Shown in pieces: positions 19,739 to 29,510 of a stretch of DNA of 64,000 nucleotides. Position 1 is the first letter of the stretch; each line of letters starts with the position of its first letter. The DNA lies in the IMG/VR virus record IMGVR_UViG_3300032282_004772; one strand, 5' to 3'. Position numbers and translations under genes: made by a program. Under the pieces are notes generated by a model, which was not told the origin of the DNA, did not search any database, and saw only the letters and a program-made list of their open reading frames with translations. The DNA comes from a virus.

Positions 19739-20824
19739 ATGCAAAACGAAAAAAAATGTCCGTACAGTAAGCGTAAAACTAAAGTGTTATTCATTTGTAA
19801 AAAGAGAAAACATCCATATGAATATACTGAGATTGACGATAATTTAAAATCAAACGAAAATACTAAAATTCTAAAATCTTCAGGTCTATTAAACTCAGCG
19901 AAATTTGTTTCTAAAATGTTAAATAAAAATAATATAGAATCAAAAGTTGTTGATGTTATTGATAATAATAGTATTGATAAAGTAGTAAAAGAATTTAAAC
20001 CTGATTACGTAATAATTGAAGCTCTTTGGGTAGTACCTGAAAAATTTGAAGTATTGACTAAACTACATCCAAAGGTTAAATGGATAGTTAGATTACATAG
20101 TGAAATACCGTTTTTATCTAATGAAGGAATTGCGATTGAATGGTTATACAAATACATAAAATATAAAAATGTTTACATTGGTTCAAATAGTATTGAAGCA
20201 ACAGAAATACTTGAAAATATATTAAAAACAAAATTATTCTACTTACCAAATTACTACCCAATTAAATCCGAAGGAGGATGTCCTGTTGTGGAGACTCAAG
20301 AAAATACAATCAATATTGGATGTTTTGGTGCAATTAGACCAATGAAAAATCAACTACAACAAGCAATCGCCTCTATTGAATTTGGTGACTCATTAAACAA
20401 ATCAATTAGATTTCATATAAATTCTGAGAGAATTGAATCTAGAGGGGAACCTGTATTAAAAAATATACGAGAATTATTTAAAAACAATCCAAAACATACA
20501 TTGGTAGAACACCATTGGCATGACCATCATGATTTTATAAATTTAGTTAGAAAAATGGATATAGGACTACAAGTTAGTTTTTCTGAAACATTTAACATTG
20601 TTAGTGCCGATTTTGTTTCAAATGGAATACCCGTTATAGTTTCTCCGGAAATTAATTGGGCATCCCGTATATTCAAAGTAAATCCTAACTCAAACAAAGA
20701 AATAGTAAAAAAATTAAAATTTGTTTGGAAATATAAAAAATTCGGACTAAACTTGTTTAGTTTATTTGGACTAATCAAATACAATTGGAAATCTAAAAAC
20801 GAGTGGTTAAATTATTTTTTATAA
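19739..20824 (+). CDS. GT-B glycosyltransferase
   Basis: IGCFGAIRPMKN and SFSETFNIVSADFVSNGIPVI (GT4-like donor-binding motif). Confidence 0.75.
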   Translation: MQNEKKCPYSKRKTKVLFICKKRKHPYEYTEIDDNLKSNENTKILKSSGLLNSAKFVSKMLNKNNIESKVVDVIDNNSIDKVVKEFKPDYVIIEALWVVPEKFEVLTKLHPKVKWIVRLHSEIPFLSNEGIAIEWLYKYIKYKNVYIGSNSIEATEILENILKTKLFYLPNYYPIKSEGGCPVVETQENTINIGCFGAIRPMKNQLQQAIASIEFGDSLNKSIRFHINSERIESRGEPVLKNIRELFKNNPKHTLVEHHWHDHHDFINLVRKMDIGLQVSFSETFNIVSADFVSNGIPVIVSPEINWASRIFKVNPNSNKEIVKKLKFVWKYKKFGLNLFSLFGLIKYNWKSKNEWLNYFL

Positions 20825-20863
20825 AAATTTTGCCAGAATAGTAAAATTTCATATATTTGCAAT

Positions 20864-21367
20864 ATGAAAAATAATCTACCATATTGTAAAACTTCTTTGG
20901 CGATTAAAGGTTATGAAGATTCTTCTATTGCCAAATCAGAAAAAAATGATTGTGTTGTTAGAGCAATTGCATCGTCTTTTGATATTGATTATGATTCGTC
21001 TCATTTTTTTGTAAAAAAAATGTTTTATAGAAAACATAGACAAGGGACTAAAAATTTTGTCTCTAAGATGTATTCTTTAATTGAAAAAGGTATTGATATT
21101 GGTGGTAAAAAATTTGAAGCGGTTGGTAAAATTAAACATGATTTTACAAAAAGACATACATTAAAATACGAAGTTAAGGTTAATGGTTCTGTGGTTGAAA
21201 GAAAAATGACCGTTGGGACATTCACTAAAAAAAACCCTAAAGGTACTTATTTGGTTGTTGTTAGAGGTCATGCGTTTACCATAAAAAATGGTGTGGTTAT
21301 TGGAAATATAGAAGACTCAGAGAGAAGGAAAAAAATCATTAATTACGCTTGGAAAGTTATCAATTAA
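20864..21367 (+). CDS. hypothetical phage protein (possible Cys/His papain-like fold)
   Basis: NDCVVRAIA ... GHAFTIKNG pattern. Confidence 0.6.
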   Translation: MKNNLPYCKTSLAIKGYEDSSIAKSEKNDCVVRAIASSFDIDYDSSHFFVKKMFYRKHRQGTKNFVSKMYSLIEKGIDIGGKKFEAVGKIKHDFTKRHTLKYEVKVNGSVVERKMTVGTFTKKNPKGTYLVVVRGHAFTIKNGVVIGNIEDSERRKKIINYAWKVIN

Positions 21368-21372
21368 AAAAC

Positions 21373-21828
21373 ATGAAAAGAATATACCTCGATGATGTCA
21401 GAACTCCAATTGATAAGGATTGGATTGTTGTTAGGTCTTACGATGAATTTGTTTCTAAAATACAAGAAATCGGATTGTCTAAAATTGAAACAATTTCATT
21501 AGACCATGATTTAGGACGAGAAGCCATGAATGAGTACTTCAACAACGTGTCACCTAATTATACATTGGATTATAATAATTTAAAAGAAGAATTTACAGGA
21601 TACGATTGTGCAAAATGGTTAGTTAATCACTATTATGAAAAATATCACAATGACGAAACTTCATCAAAAGACAAAAAATCTTTGGGAATCTCTTTCCCTA
21701 AAGTTTATACTCATTCCGCCAACCCTATTGGAAGTGCAAATATTATGGGTTACATCAATAATTTCTTAATGAATGAACACCAATCTCAAACTTGTATAAG
21801 AGTTCAAATCGCACATAATGTTGATTAA
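21373..21828 (+). CDS. cyclic-phosphate processing receiver-like domain protein
   Basis: IYLDDVR, ISLDHDLG, TGYDCAKWL, HSANPIG. Confidence 0.8.
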   Translation: MKRIYLDDVRTPIDKDWIVVRSYDEFVSKIQEIGLSKIETISLDHDLGREAMNEYFNNVSPNYTLDYNNLKEEFTGYDCAKWLVNHYYEKYHNDETSSKDKKSLGISFPKVYTHSANPIGSANIMGYINNFLMNEHQSQTCIRVQIAHNVD

Positions 21829-21829
21829 T

Positions 21830-22066
21830 ATGGAAAATTTAAGAATTAAACTAAATTCTGTTTTAAAGGTAATAATGATGATATTAATTCCTTTGGTAAT
21901 TGCCGATTCATTTTTTTACCTGATAGGTTCGTTTATTGCTCAAGATTGGAATTATGAAAATTGGTGGATGTTTACTTCTACAATTGGAAGAATTTTATTA
22001 TCTTTGATTCAAATTATGATATTAGTTAACATACCTAAGTGGTACGAACAATTTAACCAAAAATGA
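21830..22066 (+). CDS. membrane protein
   Basis: Two hydrophobic helices. Confidence 0.65.
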   Translation: MENLRIKLNSVLKVIMMILIPLVIADSFFYLIGSFIAQDWNYENWWMFTSTIGRILLSLIQIMILVNIPKWYEQFNQK

Positions 22067-22548
22067 ACATATTCTTTTTAGACAAAGACCCAAGAAAATG
22101 TGCTGAATATCACTGTGACAAACATGTTGTTAAAATGATATTGGAAACCGCTCAACTTCTTTGTTCTGCACACCACATGACCCCTCAAGTCACCCCTCAA
22201 GTCCCATATAAACTTTCTCATAAAAATCACCCTTGTTCGATTTGGGTTAGAGAAAGTTTATCAAACTATCTTTATCTATGTGAACTTGGCTTAGAACTTT
22301 GTAAAGAATATACATATCGTTACGGTAAAAGACACAAATCACAAGATGTTATTGAGTGGTGTCTTGTAAATAAAGTAAAAATTTGTGATAAGGGATTCAC
22401 TGAACCGGCAAAAGCAATGCCTGAATATTTTAAAGTAACAGATGTTGTTGATTCTTATAGGAATTATTATATTGGCGCAAAATCAGGATTTGCACATTGG
22501 ACTAATAGGGATGTCCCTTATTGGTTTACTAAATCATCATTAAATTAG
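22063..22548 (+). CDS. pyrimidine-dimer DNA glycosylase (DenV-like family)
   Basis: MNIFFLD, HCDKHVVKMILETAQLL, HKNHPCSIW, YRNYY. Confidence 0.75.
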   Translation: MNIFFLDKDPRKCAEYHCDKHVVKMILETAQLLCSAHHMTPQVTPQVPYKLSHKNHPCSIWVRESLSNYLYLCELGLELCKEYTYRYGKRHKSQDVIEWCLVNKVKICDKGFTEPAKAMPEYFKVTDVVDSYRNYYIGAKSGFAHWTNRDVPYWFTKSSLN

Positions 22549-22649
22549 ACTATAATTTTGTAGATAAAATAAGACAAATCATAATTTTTATTTTTTTTGA
22601 TATTTATTATTAAAAATAATATAAACTTAAATTAAAATTATCGATTTAT

Positions 22650-23255
22650 ATGTCCAAAGAGGTTATTGTGGCATTTATTACTGGTGTTTTCGGACCGGTG
22701 CTTTTACTTTTCTTAAAATACAAATTCTCTAAATTAAAAAAGACTGATATGGTCATTGACACTTTAAAAGTTAGTGAAACAGTAATGACAAAACTTGAAC
22801 AGGTAAAAGATGAGTTTGAGTCGGATAGGGTTTGGATTTCACAATTTCATAATGGTGGCAATTTTTATCCTACAGGTAAATCTATGGCTAAGTTTAGTAT
22901 ACTATATGAAGTTGTTAATCCTGGAATACTATCAATACAAACAAATTTTCAAAATATTCCTGTAAATTTATTTAGCAGGCCAATAAACAAATTATATGAA
23001 TCTGATTTAATTGAAATTCCTGACTTTAAAGATGTCACAATTGCAACATATGGTTTAAAATATGTTGCGGAAGACAGTGGATGTAAATCAGGATATCTTT
23101 TTGCAATAAAAACTATTGATAACAAATTTATTGGTATTTTAGGGATAGATTTTGTTAAAAAGAAAGTTAAACTTAATCAAGAACAAATTACTCATTTACA
23201 AGTCCATTCGGCCACATTAGGTGGAGTAATGATGGATGGTTTAAAAAAGAGTTAA
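22650..23255 (+). CDS. N-terminal TM + GAF-like domain protein, candidate T4 gpT-type holin
   Basis: Single N-terminal TM; DRVWISQFHNGG...FIGILGIDF GAF-like pattern; late-type motif upstream. Confidence 0.5.
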   Translation: MSKEVIVAFITGVFGPVLLLFLKYKFSKLKKTDMVIDTLKVSETVMTKLEQVKDEFESDRVWISQFHNGGNFYPTGKSMAKFSILYEVVNPGILSIQTNFQNIPVNLFSRPINKLYESDLIEIPDFKDVTIATYGLKYVAEDSGCKSGYLFAIKTIDNKFIGILGIDFVKKKVKLNQEQITHLQVHSATLGGVMMDGLKKS

Positions 23256-24157
23256 GCGTAAAAATCTTGGATTTCCGCAGGAGTATCTTGAGTTATATTT
23301 TTATTTTTATATAATACTTCATCTATATCACCAGTAACTACATTAAGTAAAAAAACTCCATCTTCATGGGTTTGGTCAATTTCATCAGTATCCTCATCTC
23401 CAGCATTAACAGTAATAGTATTTAATAAAAATGTTTTTTTTGTTTTATTAAGTTCAAAATCTTTTCTTTCGACTGTATTAATAGTTGATAATACATTTTG
23501 GTCATATGATGCGTACTCATATACATCATAAGGAAGAAATTCGTTTGTATAAGTTACACCGTCCCCATTACAGTAATAACATTGTACGTTTCCGGTGCCG
23601 TCACAATTTTGACAAGTAACATCTTTTTCTCCCTTACAATCATCACAAGTAATTTCTTTGTTTCCTTCACAATAATCACAAGTAATTTTACCTCTTCCAT
23701 CACAATTACCACATTCATCCCCTTCCTCATCCACACCGTCTCCATTACAATCAGGACAATCGACAGTACCGTCTCCATCACATTCAGAACAATTGACAGT
23801 ACCTTCTCCACCACAGTTATCACAACTTACCAAGCCTCCACCATAACAATCCTCACACACCTCATTTCCACTTTCGTTACAAGAATTACACTCAATTGAA
23901 TTATTAATTTCTCCAAATTCAACTACTGAAAAAATAAAAAGATTACTATTTAATTCATTAATTAAAGACTCGACATCTTTTTCTTGGTAAACCGCATCAG
24001 CAATAAAAACTAATTTTATTATTTGGGATGGTTTCATCAGTTCTCTTATATCTTTAATATATGAATTAGACATAATTACACGATAAATTGATTCTAAACT
24101 CAAATTAGTGTCATCCATAAATGGTCTAATTGCTCTTGAAATGGAAATTAAATTCAT
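23252..24157 (-). CDS. protein with ten DnaJ-type CXXCXGXG zinc-finger repeats, no J domain
   Basis: CNSCNESG ... CYYCNGDG; no HPD motif. Confidence 0.8.
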   Translation of the reverse strand: MNLISISRAIRPFMDDTNLSLESIYRVIMSNSYIKDIRELMKPSQIIKLVFIADAVYQEKDVESLINELNSNLFIFSVVEFGEINNSIECNSCNESGNEVCEDCYGGGLVSCDNCGGEGTVNCSECDGDGTVDCPDCNGDGVDEEGDECGNCDGRGKITCDYCEGNKEITCDDCKGEKDVTCQNCDGTGNVQCYYCNGDGVTYTNEFLPYDVYEYASYDQNVLSTINTVERKDFELNKTKKTFLLNTITVNAGDEDTDEIDQTHEDGVFLLNVVTGDIDEVLYKNKNITQDTPAEIQDFYA

Positions 24158-24195
24158 AATAAATTTTATTTATAAATATCTTGAGTTTATTTAAT

Positions 24196-24227
24196 AAAAA
24201 ACCCCCTATAAAAATATAGGGGGTCTT
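24196..24227 (-). terminator. intrinsic terminator
   Basis: ACCCCCTATA-aaaa-TATAGGGGGT. Confidence 0.8.
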
Positions 24228-24246
24228 AACGACTACGTAGTATAAA

Positions 24247-24426
24247 TTACTTAACCACTACAGTTGTATCAACAACAGTTGTGTCCGCGGCAGTTGTGTC
24301 AACAGATAAAGAAACGGTATCAATTGAAACTGCAGTTGTATCTGTAGTTGATTCAGTTGAAGTTGTTTCAGTTCCGCAAGAAGATAACATTGTTACTACA
24401 CCGAGTGCTAAAATTACTTTTTTCAT
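24247..24426 (-). CDS. 59-aa Thr-rich lipoprotein (missed by the ORF track)
   Basis: MKKVILALGVVTMLSSCGTETTSTESTTDTTAVSIDTVSLSVDTTAADTTVVDTTVVVK*; own TATTTATA motif (24464) and terminator. Confidence 0.85.
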   Translation of the reverse strand: MKKVILALGVVTMLSSCGTETTSTESTTDTTAVSIDTVSLSVDTTAADTTVVDTTVVVK

Positions 24427-24507
24427 TTTTCTTTTTTTTGTTATTTAATTTTTTATTTTCACTTATAAATATACTACATTAACCAAAAATAGTCAAATAC
24501 TATTAAT

Positions 24508-24538
24508 AAAAAAAGGGGATATTAAATATCCCCTTTTT
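24508..24538 (-). terminator. terminator after tmRNA
   Basis: AAAAGGGGATATT-a-AATATCCCCTTTT. Confidence 0.85.
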
Positions 24539-24540
24539 GT

Positions 24541-24929
24541 TGGTGGAGGTAGAGGTATCGAAACCTCGTCTTGTTTATTTTGAATAACTATGACTACATG
24601 TTTAGGATAATATTCATTCTAAATATTCCAAAATATGAAGTTCAAATTTTGCCATCTGAGCTTCCAACGGTGGAAGGTTCACTTATACTGTGGTAGAACC
24701 TCTAACGAGACCAACAATCCACGGCTTCTGTTCCTGGGTTATACGCCTGCCGACCCGGACGAGGAAGTGCTTACGCTACTTCAACGAGCTCGTCTTGTTT
24801 AACAAGACCTAATAGAGCCATTTTGTTCAATACGTTGCCGATTGAGTTTTGAATCAGTTTTAACGAAGTTAATTCAGCTTCGACATGCCATTGATATACA
24901 ATAATACCAATCAATTCCAACTTACCCCC
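24541..24929 (-). ncRNA. ssrA: tmRNA
   Basis: 5' GGGGGTA pairs with TACCTCC-A-CCA including G3:U70; T arm GAGG-TTTCGATA-CCTC; internal tag frame 24839-24771. Confidence 0.93.
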
Positions 24930-25000
24930 ATATTTTCAAAGAACACTACAAAGATATAAATATATCTTCAAATAATCAAATTATTTGAATATTTATTGGT

Positions 25001-26056
25001 ATGAGATTAAAACTTTTTGAAGAAGTTAATGAAGATTGGCTCTATATGCAATTGCATATGTTTAAAAGAGGTATTGTTTCTGAAACACAAATTAAACGTG
25101 CGGATGATTTGATTTATGATATTAAAAAAAATGGAATCATAACTTTAAAATTTGATAATAATAATGACTATTTTAAATTATTTAAAAATAAACTTAGTAA
25201 TGATGACATTTTTATTATGGACCAAATTTTTAATTCATACTATGGAAGTATGGAATTTTTTGATAGTTATAGAGCAAATGAAGATTGGGAGTGTGGGTAC
25301 ATTGTAAGTACATTTAATGAATCTAACATGGATAAAGTAAAAGAAATTTCCATGATAATATCACCTGGAATAGATTTTGAAGATTACGCATCCACTCCAA
25401 GGGAAGATTTTTCTCAAAAATTAAATAATTTTTTTCCAAGAATTGTAGAAGATATAATTAATGAATATTCTTCATCCATAGATACCGCAATAAAAGACTA
25501 TATTTCAAATTACATAGAAAAAGATATTTGTGACGCTTTTTATAATTATGGAATTTATAATTCAAATTATTGTTTTTACAAATATCACACAACAGTTGAT
25601 AATCTTATAAAATTGTATGATACTTTTGGTGAAAAAAGTAAGCCTTTGGTGAACTTATTAAAAAAAATTGCCGATTTAACCGATATTGAAGGTAATTATT
25701 GGGAAGAATATATTGATGCAACAAGTAGCGTAAATTTTGATAGTGACTCTTTTAATAACTATGTTGGAAGAAAGTTAGATGATATTATAGAGCGATTAGA
25801 AGAGGATTCTGAAATGTTTTTATCTATTAATGAATACAAAAACATAGTAAAAAAATTATCAAAAAAATATAATTTTAATAGATGGTATGATTTACCAAAG
25901 GATAAAAAAATAATGTTTAAGATTACTCATATTGACCCCGGAACAAACAAGATTAATTTTGAAGTTAAAAACCAAAATGGTTTTTATCGTAACTCATTAA
26001 ACTTGGAAAATTTTAATTTATTTTTACATCATCCTGAAATAAAATTTGAGGATTAA
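25001..26056 (+). CDS. hypothetical protein with MRLKLFEEVNE leader
   Basis: 351-aa ORF, TATTTATT just upstream. Confidence 0.7.
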   Translation: MRLKLFEEVNEDWLYMQLHMFKRGIVSETQIKRADDLIYDIKKNGIITLKFDNNNDYFKLFKNKLSNDDIFIMDQIFNSYYGSMEFFDSYRANEDWECGYIVSTFNESNMDKVKEISMIISPGIDFEDYASTPREDFSQKLNNFFPRIVEDIINEYSSSIDTAIKDYISNYIEKDICDAFYNYGIYNSNYCFYKYHTTVDNLIKLYDTFGEKSKPLVNLLKKIADLTDIEGNYWEEYIDATSSVNFDSDSFNNYVGRKLDDIIERLEEDSEMFLSINEYKNIVKKLSKKYNFNRWYDLPKDKKIMFKITHIDPGTNKINFEVKNQNGFYRNSLNLENFNLFLHHPEIKFED

Positions 26057-26092
26057 AAAATTATTTATTATCTTTGTGTAAAAGATATAAAA

Positions 26093-26917
26093 ATGTCAAG
26101 AGACCTTAATTTATTAAAAGAAGTTCTTTCAGTTCCAACTCACACATATGAAGAGGATTTGATGGTTCAATTCATTTCTGATTGGTTGAGAAAAAATAAT
26201 ATAGACCATTACGTAGATGAACACTTAAATGTTTATGCGACCAAACAAACTGGTGTGTTATCAGACGATTTTATGTTTCCTTGTGTTGTATCTCATACCG
26301 ATACTGTACACAGACTTGACACTATCAATGTTGTAGAAGAAATGTTACCTAATTCACACGGTGAATTAAAATTATCACTTAAGGCGTATAATAATGATGG
26401 AGAACCGACAGGAATTGGTGGTGATGATAAATGCGGTGTATTTGCATGTTTAGAACTTTTAAAAGAATTACCTAATTTAAAAGCGGCATTTTTTGTTTCA
26501 GAAGAAACGGGGTGTCACGGCTCAAAAAAAGCAAACGAATCATTTTTTTCAAACGTAGGTTATGCAATTCAATTTGATGCACCAGAAAATTGGATGGTGA
26601 CTGAAACTTGTTTTGGAACAAGGTTGTTTGATAGAAAAAGTGAGTTTTTTGAGAAGTGTGATATCATTTTAAATGAAAACATGAATGATAAACTCAAGTA
26701 TATGACACATCCTTATACCGATGTTTATGCGCTTAAAAACAAATTTAATTTTTCATGTATTAACTTCTCAATCGGATATTATCGATATCATACAAGAAAT
26801 GAATATGTTGTTGTGGAAGATACATTTAATGGAATTGAGATGGGTAAAAAAATGATTGAGTCCTTGGGATATCAAAAATACGAGTACAAACAAACTAAGA
26901 AAGAATACTTTTTTTAA
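26093..26917 (+). CDS. M20/M28-family zinc peptidase
   Basis: SHTD, GGDDKCG, EETG, QFD, YHT zinc ligands. Confidence 0.85.
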   Translation: MSRDLNLLKEVLSVPTHTYEEDLMVQFISDWLRKNNIDHYVDEHLNVYATKQTGVLSDDFMFPCVVSHTDTVHRLDTINVVEEMLPNSHGELKLSLKAYNNDGEPTGIGGDDKCGVFACLELLKELPNLKAAFFVSEETGCHGSKKANESFFSNVGYAIQFDAPENWMVTETCFGTRLFDRKSEFFEKCDIILNENMNDKLKYMTHPYTDVYALKNKFNFSCINFSIGYYRYHTRNEYVVVEDTFNGIEMGKKMIESLGYQKYEYKQTKKEYFF

Positions 26918-26922
26918 CTCAA

Positions 26923-27903
26923 TTATTGTGGAGGTATTGCGTAATAACAATATCTTTTGGTGAACCATACAAATCCTTTAAGATTAATCCATTGTTTTTG
27001 GAATGTAGTCATTCCTCCATATATGTTGTTATACGCTTGTTGTTCAATATAAAAATATGGGTTGGGGTAGTTTATAGCTGACGCTAAAGCAGGACCTGTA
27101 AAAGTATTATTAGCTCCCCAGGCTGTATTCTCAACAGATATAATAATGTATAAATCAATTCTTCTATTATTTTGTCTCGCACCTTTTGCGATAATATCCA
27201 ATCTGCCACCGGTGGCACCAGCACTTTGAGCATTAGCATAACTATAAGTAGGAATCCCATTTTGATAACAATGTAATAATATTCTGTCAGAATATCGAAC
27301 TTGGTCTTTTGCTGCAATAGTATCTATTGTTGGAGACATGTTTTTATACCACCCTTCATAAAAATCATTGTCTTGTATTGATTCTCTTGATATTTGGGAA
27401 TTTATAGTATCCCAAGTAGTCCAAGAACAAGCATTATTCCACCATTCTAATTCTAAATTAGCTCTGTTTATTTTTTTTAAATTATCTGTTTGGGAATTAT
27501 TATACCTTGTAATATTACCTGTAGACTTAAATGTTGTTGCACTTCCTGATACAACGCCCTTATATATTACTCCACTATCATTTAACTGTTTTAAAAATAT
27601 TGAAAAATTAGTATAGTTACTTGTTGATGAAACTATACTTGAGGTACTATATAGGTACACGCCATTAAATCCGTACTTTTTTAAGTATTTTGATAATGTC
27701 GAACGACCATTTAAATTATTGTATATCGTATCTGTCTTATCGATATACATATATCTTTCCCAACTATATTCATAAGGTATTAATGGTCTTGATTTTTCGG
27801 TTTTTGAGTTTAAATCAAACTCAGTTACTTCCTCTTTTTTACAGTTAGTAATTAACAAGATTAACAAAAATAAAAAACCACTTAAGATAGATTTTATTTT
27901 CAT
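26923..27903 (-). CDS. secreted lipoprotein, possible TIM-barrel glycoside hydrolase-like
   Basis: Lipobox ITNC followed by KKEE; NGVYLY, NLELEWW, DRILLHCY, GFVWF strand pattern. Confidence 0.55.
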   Translation of the reverse strand: MKIKSILSGFLFLLILLITNCKKEEVTEFDLNSKTEKSRPLIPYEYSWERYMYIDKTDTIYNNLNGRSTLSKYLKKYGFNGVYLYSTSSIVSSTSNYTNFSIFLKQLNDSGVIYKGVVSGSATTFKSTGNITRYNNSQTDNLKKINRANLELEWWNNACSWTTWDTINSQISRESIQDNDFYEGWYKNMSPTIDTIAAKDQVRYSDRILLHCYQNGIPTYSYANAQSAGATGGRLDIIAKGARQNNRRIDLYIIISVENTAWGANNTFTGPALASAINYPNPYFYIEQQAYNNIYGGMTTFQKQWINLKGFVWFTKRYCYYAIPPQ

Positions 27904-27982
27904 ATTATATCTTTTTATATAAATATAAAAATAGATTACCTAAAGTGGCTAGTTAAAACCTAATTTCATTTTGTATCCAAAA

Positions 27983-28558
27983 TTAAGTTAAAAAAGAGAT
28001 GATTTTTTCTTTAATCCCTAATTGTTTAATCCCTTCATTTTCTTTAATAGTATGGACAAAATTATTTAAACCAAAACTTTCAAATCCTCTTTTATTAAAA
28101 AATTCCTCAGACATATTTAAATCATCAATTGCGACCCAATTAGTTACACTTTTATGTTCAGATAACCAATGAGATATCTCTTTCGCTCTTTCAAATTCTA
28201 ATTCGGCTCTAAACCTTAGAGATGACCATTCTTTAGGAAAAATATCCTTAAACATCTCTGTTGTTGCAATTGGTTTTTTGATTATACCTTGATTGGTGTA
28301 ATATTCCCTTAATTCTTCAAGAGTAGCGTGGTATCTCCAATCAGATGTGATTACAATTTCCGCATCAGTTTCAGAAATAATTTCGTTTAAAAGTTTAATC
28401 GCCTTTTTGTCAAAATCATCAAATCTAACATCAACAGGTACTTGTTCAATATCGGAAGAAGGATTTTTCTTTAAATATTTTTGGCGTTTTTTAGTTCTGT
28501 TTCCCCAATTATTGGACAAACAAATTACTCCATCATGGTCTAAAAAAATAATTTTCAT
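27983..28558 (-). CDS. HAD-family phosphatase (RNA-repair associated type)
   Basis: IIFLDHDGV, IVITSDWR, WVAIDD; true start at 28558 because the longer ORF overlaps tRNA-Cys. Confidence 0.85.
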   Translation of the reverse strand: MKIIFLDHDGVICLSNNWGNRTKKRQKYLKKNPSSDIEQVPVDVRFDDFDKKAIKLLNEIISETDAEIVITSDWRYHATLEELREYYTNQGIIKKPIATTEMFKDIFPKEWSSLRFRAELEFERAKEISHWLSEHKSVTNWVAIDDLNMSEEFFNKRGFESFGLNNFVHTIKENEGIKQLGIKEKIISFLT

Positions 28559-28574
28559 TTTAGTTTTTTTTTTG

Positions 28575-28645
28575 AGGTCAGAGGTGGATTCGAACCACCG
28601 TATATGGTTTTGCAGACCACCGCCTAACCACTCGGACATCTGACC
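28575..28645 (-). tRNA. tRNA-Cys(GCA)
   Basis: Cloverleaf; TGGT CT GCA AA ACCA anticodon arm; U73; CCA not encoded. Confidence 0.93.
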
Positions 28646-28662
28646 AATAATTATAAAAAATG

Positions 28663-28736
28663 TACTACCACCAGGACTCGAACCTGGAACCTTGACGATA
28701 TAAGCGTCCTGCTCTCACCTATTGAGCTATGGTAGC
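28663..28736 (-). tRNA. tRNA-Ile(UAU)
   Basis: GCTACCA/TGGTAGT acceptor, GACG CT TAT AT CGTC anticodon arm, A73. Confidence 0.88.
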
Positions 28737-28742
28737 GTGTCG

Positions 28743-28964
28743 TTACCAATGTACTATATCTCCTTGGTGATTATCCCACTCATCATCATTTTTAATCGAG
28801 TCTATAAACTCTTTAGAATTTTCCACATTCGCAGGATATACCTCACGTATAGTTTCAACATTATTTAGATTGTTTAGACCTAATTTAATGTTATCTGAAG
28901 CAGGTGCAGATGGAGACTCATCCATTAATGTAAATTTCTTGAAGTCATCAAATTGTTTGCTCAT
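28743..28964 (-). CDS. hypothetical protein
   Basis: 73-aa ORF coupled to the upstream gene. Confidence 0.55.
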   Translation of the reverse strand: MSKQFDDFKKFTLMDESPSAPASDNIKLGLNNLNNVETIREVYPANVENSKEFIDSIKNDDEWDNHQGDIVHW

Positions 28965-29251
28965 TTTTTTTGTTTTTTATATACGTAAGTTATAGTATCT
29001 CCTATTTTGTAAACATCATTCCTATTTGTTGTTATTCTATTTCCACAATCAGTTATATAAACATATGTTGGGTCTATTTGCAATGTAGACTCAGGTTGTT
29101 TTGAATATTGGCTATCAATCACACATTTTACAATCTTATCACCGTCTTCAATTGTGTGATTTTTACCATTACAACTTGTAATGAAAACCGAGAACAAAGT
29201 TATAAAAATAAACCATAAGACAATACCAATAATTGTAGAATTTTTTTTCAT
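28961..29251 (-). CDS. small lipoprotein/membrane protein
   Basis: MKKNSTIIGIVLW...FITSC; start moved to 29251. Confidence 0.65.
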   Translation of the reverse strand: MKKNSTIIGIVLWFIFITLFSVFITSCNGKNHTIEDGDKIVKCVIDSQYSKQPESTLQIDPTYVYITDCGNRITTNRNDVYKIGDTITYVYKKQKK

Positions 29252-29252
29252 A

Positions 29253-29510
29253 TTAATAATTATTTTTTTTACAGTATGTTTTTGATTGCGATTCAATCCA
29301 ATTTTCATCATTTTTAAATTCCTTCCAAGTATCAAAATCTTTCAATGATTCCAAAACTTCTGTTGGAATTAAAATAAATCCATCAGGCGCAATTCCCGAA
29401 TATTTGTAATAGTGGGAATTTTCCAATTTTTCTTTCATCATTTGACAAAATAACTCGTCTTTGATGAATTCATTATGTTCATCTTCTAAATAATTGTCTT
29501 GACTTCCCAT
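29253..29510 (-). CDS. hypothetical protein
   Basis: 85-aa ORF behind a TAnnTTTG promoter. Confidence 0.65.
   Translation of the reverse strand: MGSQDNYLEDEHNEFIKDELFCQMMKEKLENSHYYKYSGIAPDGFILIPTEVLESLKDFDTWKEFKNDENWIESQSKTYCKKNNY

Noticed and set aside
28559-28639. N-terminal extension of the HAD ORF
   Set aside because: It is the tRNA-Cys gene; the HAD motif starts at ATG 28558
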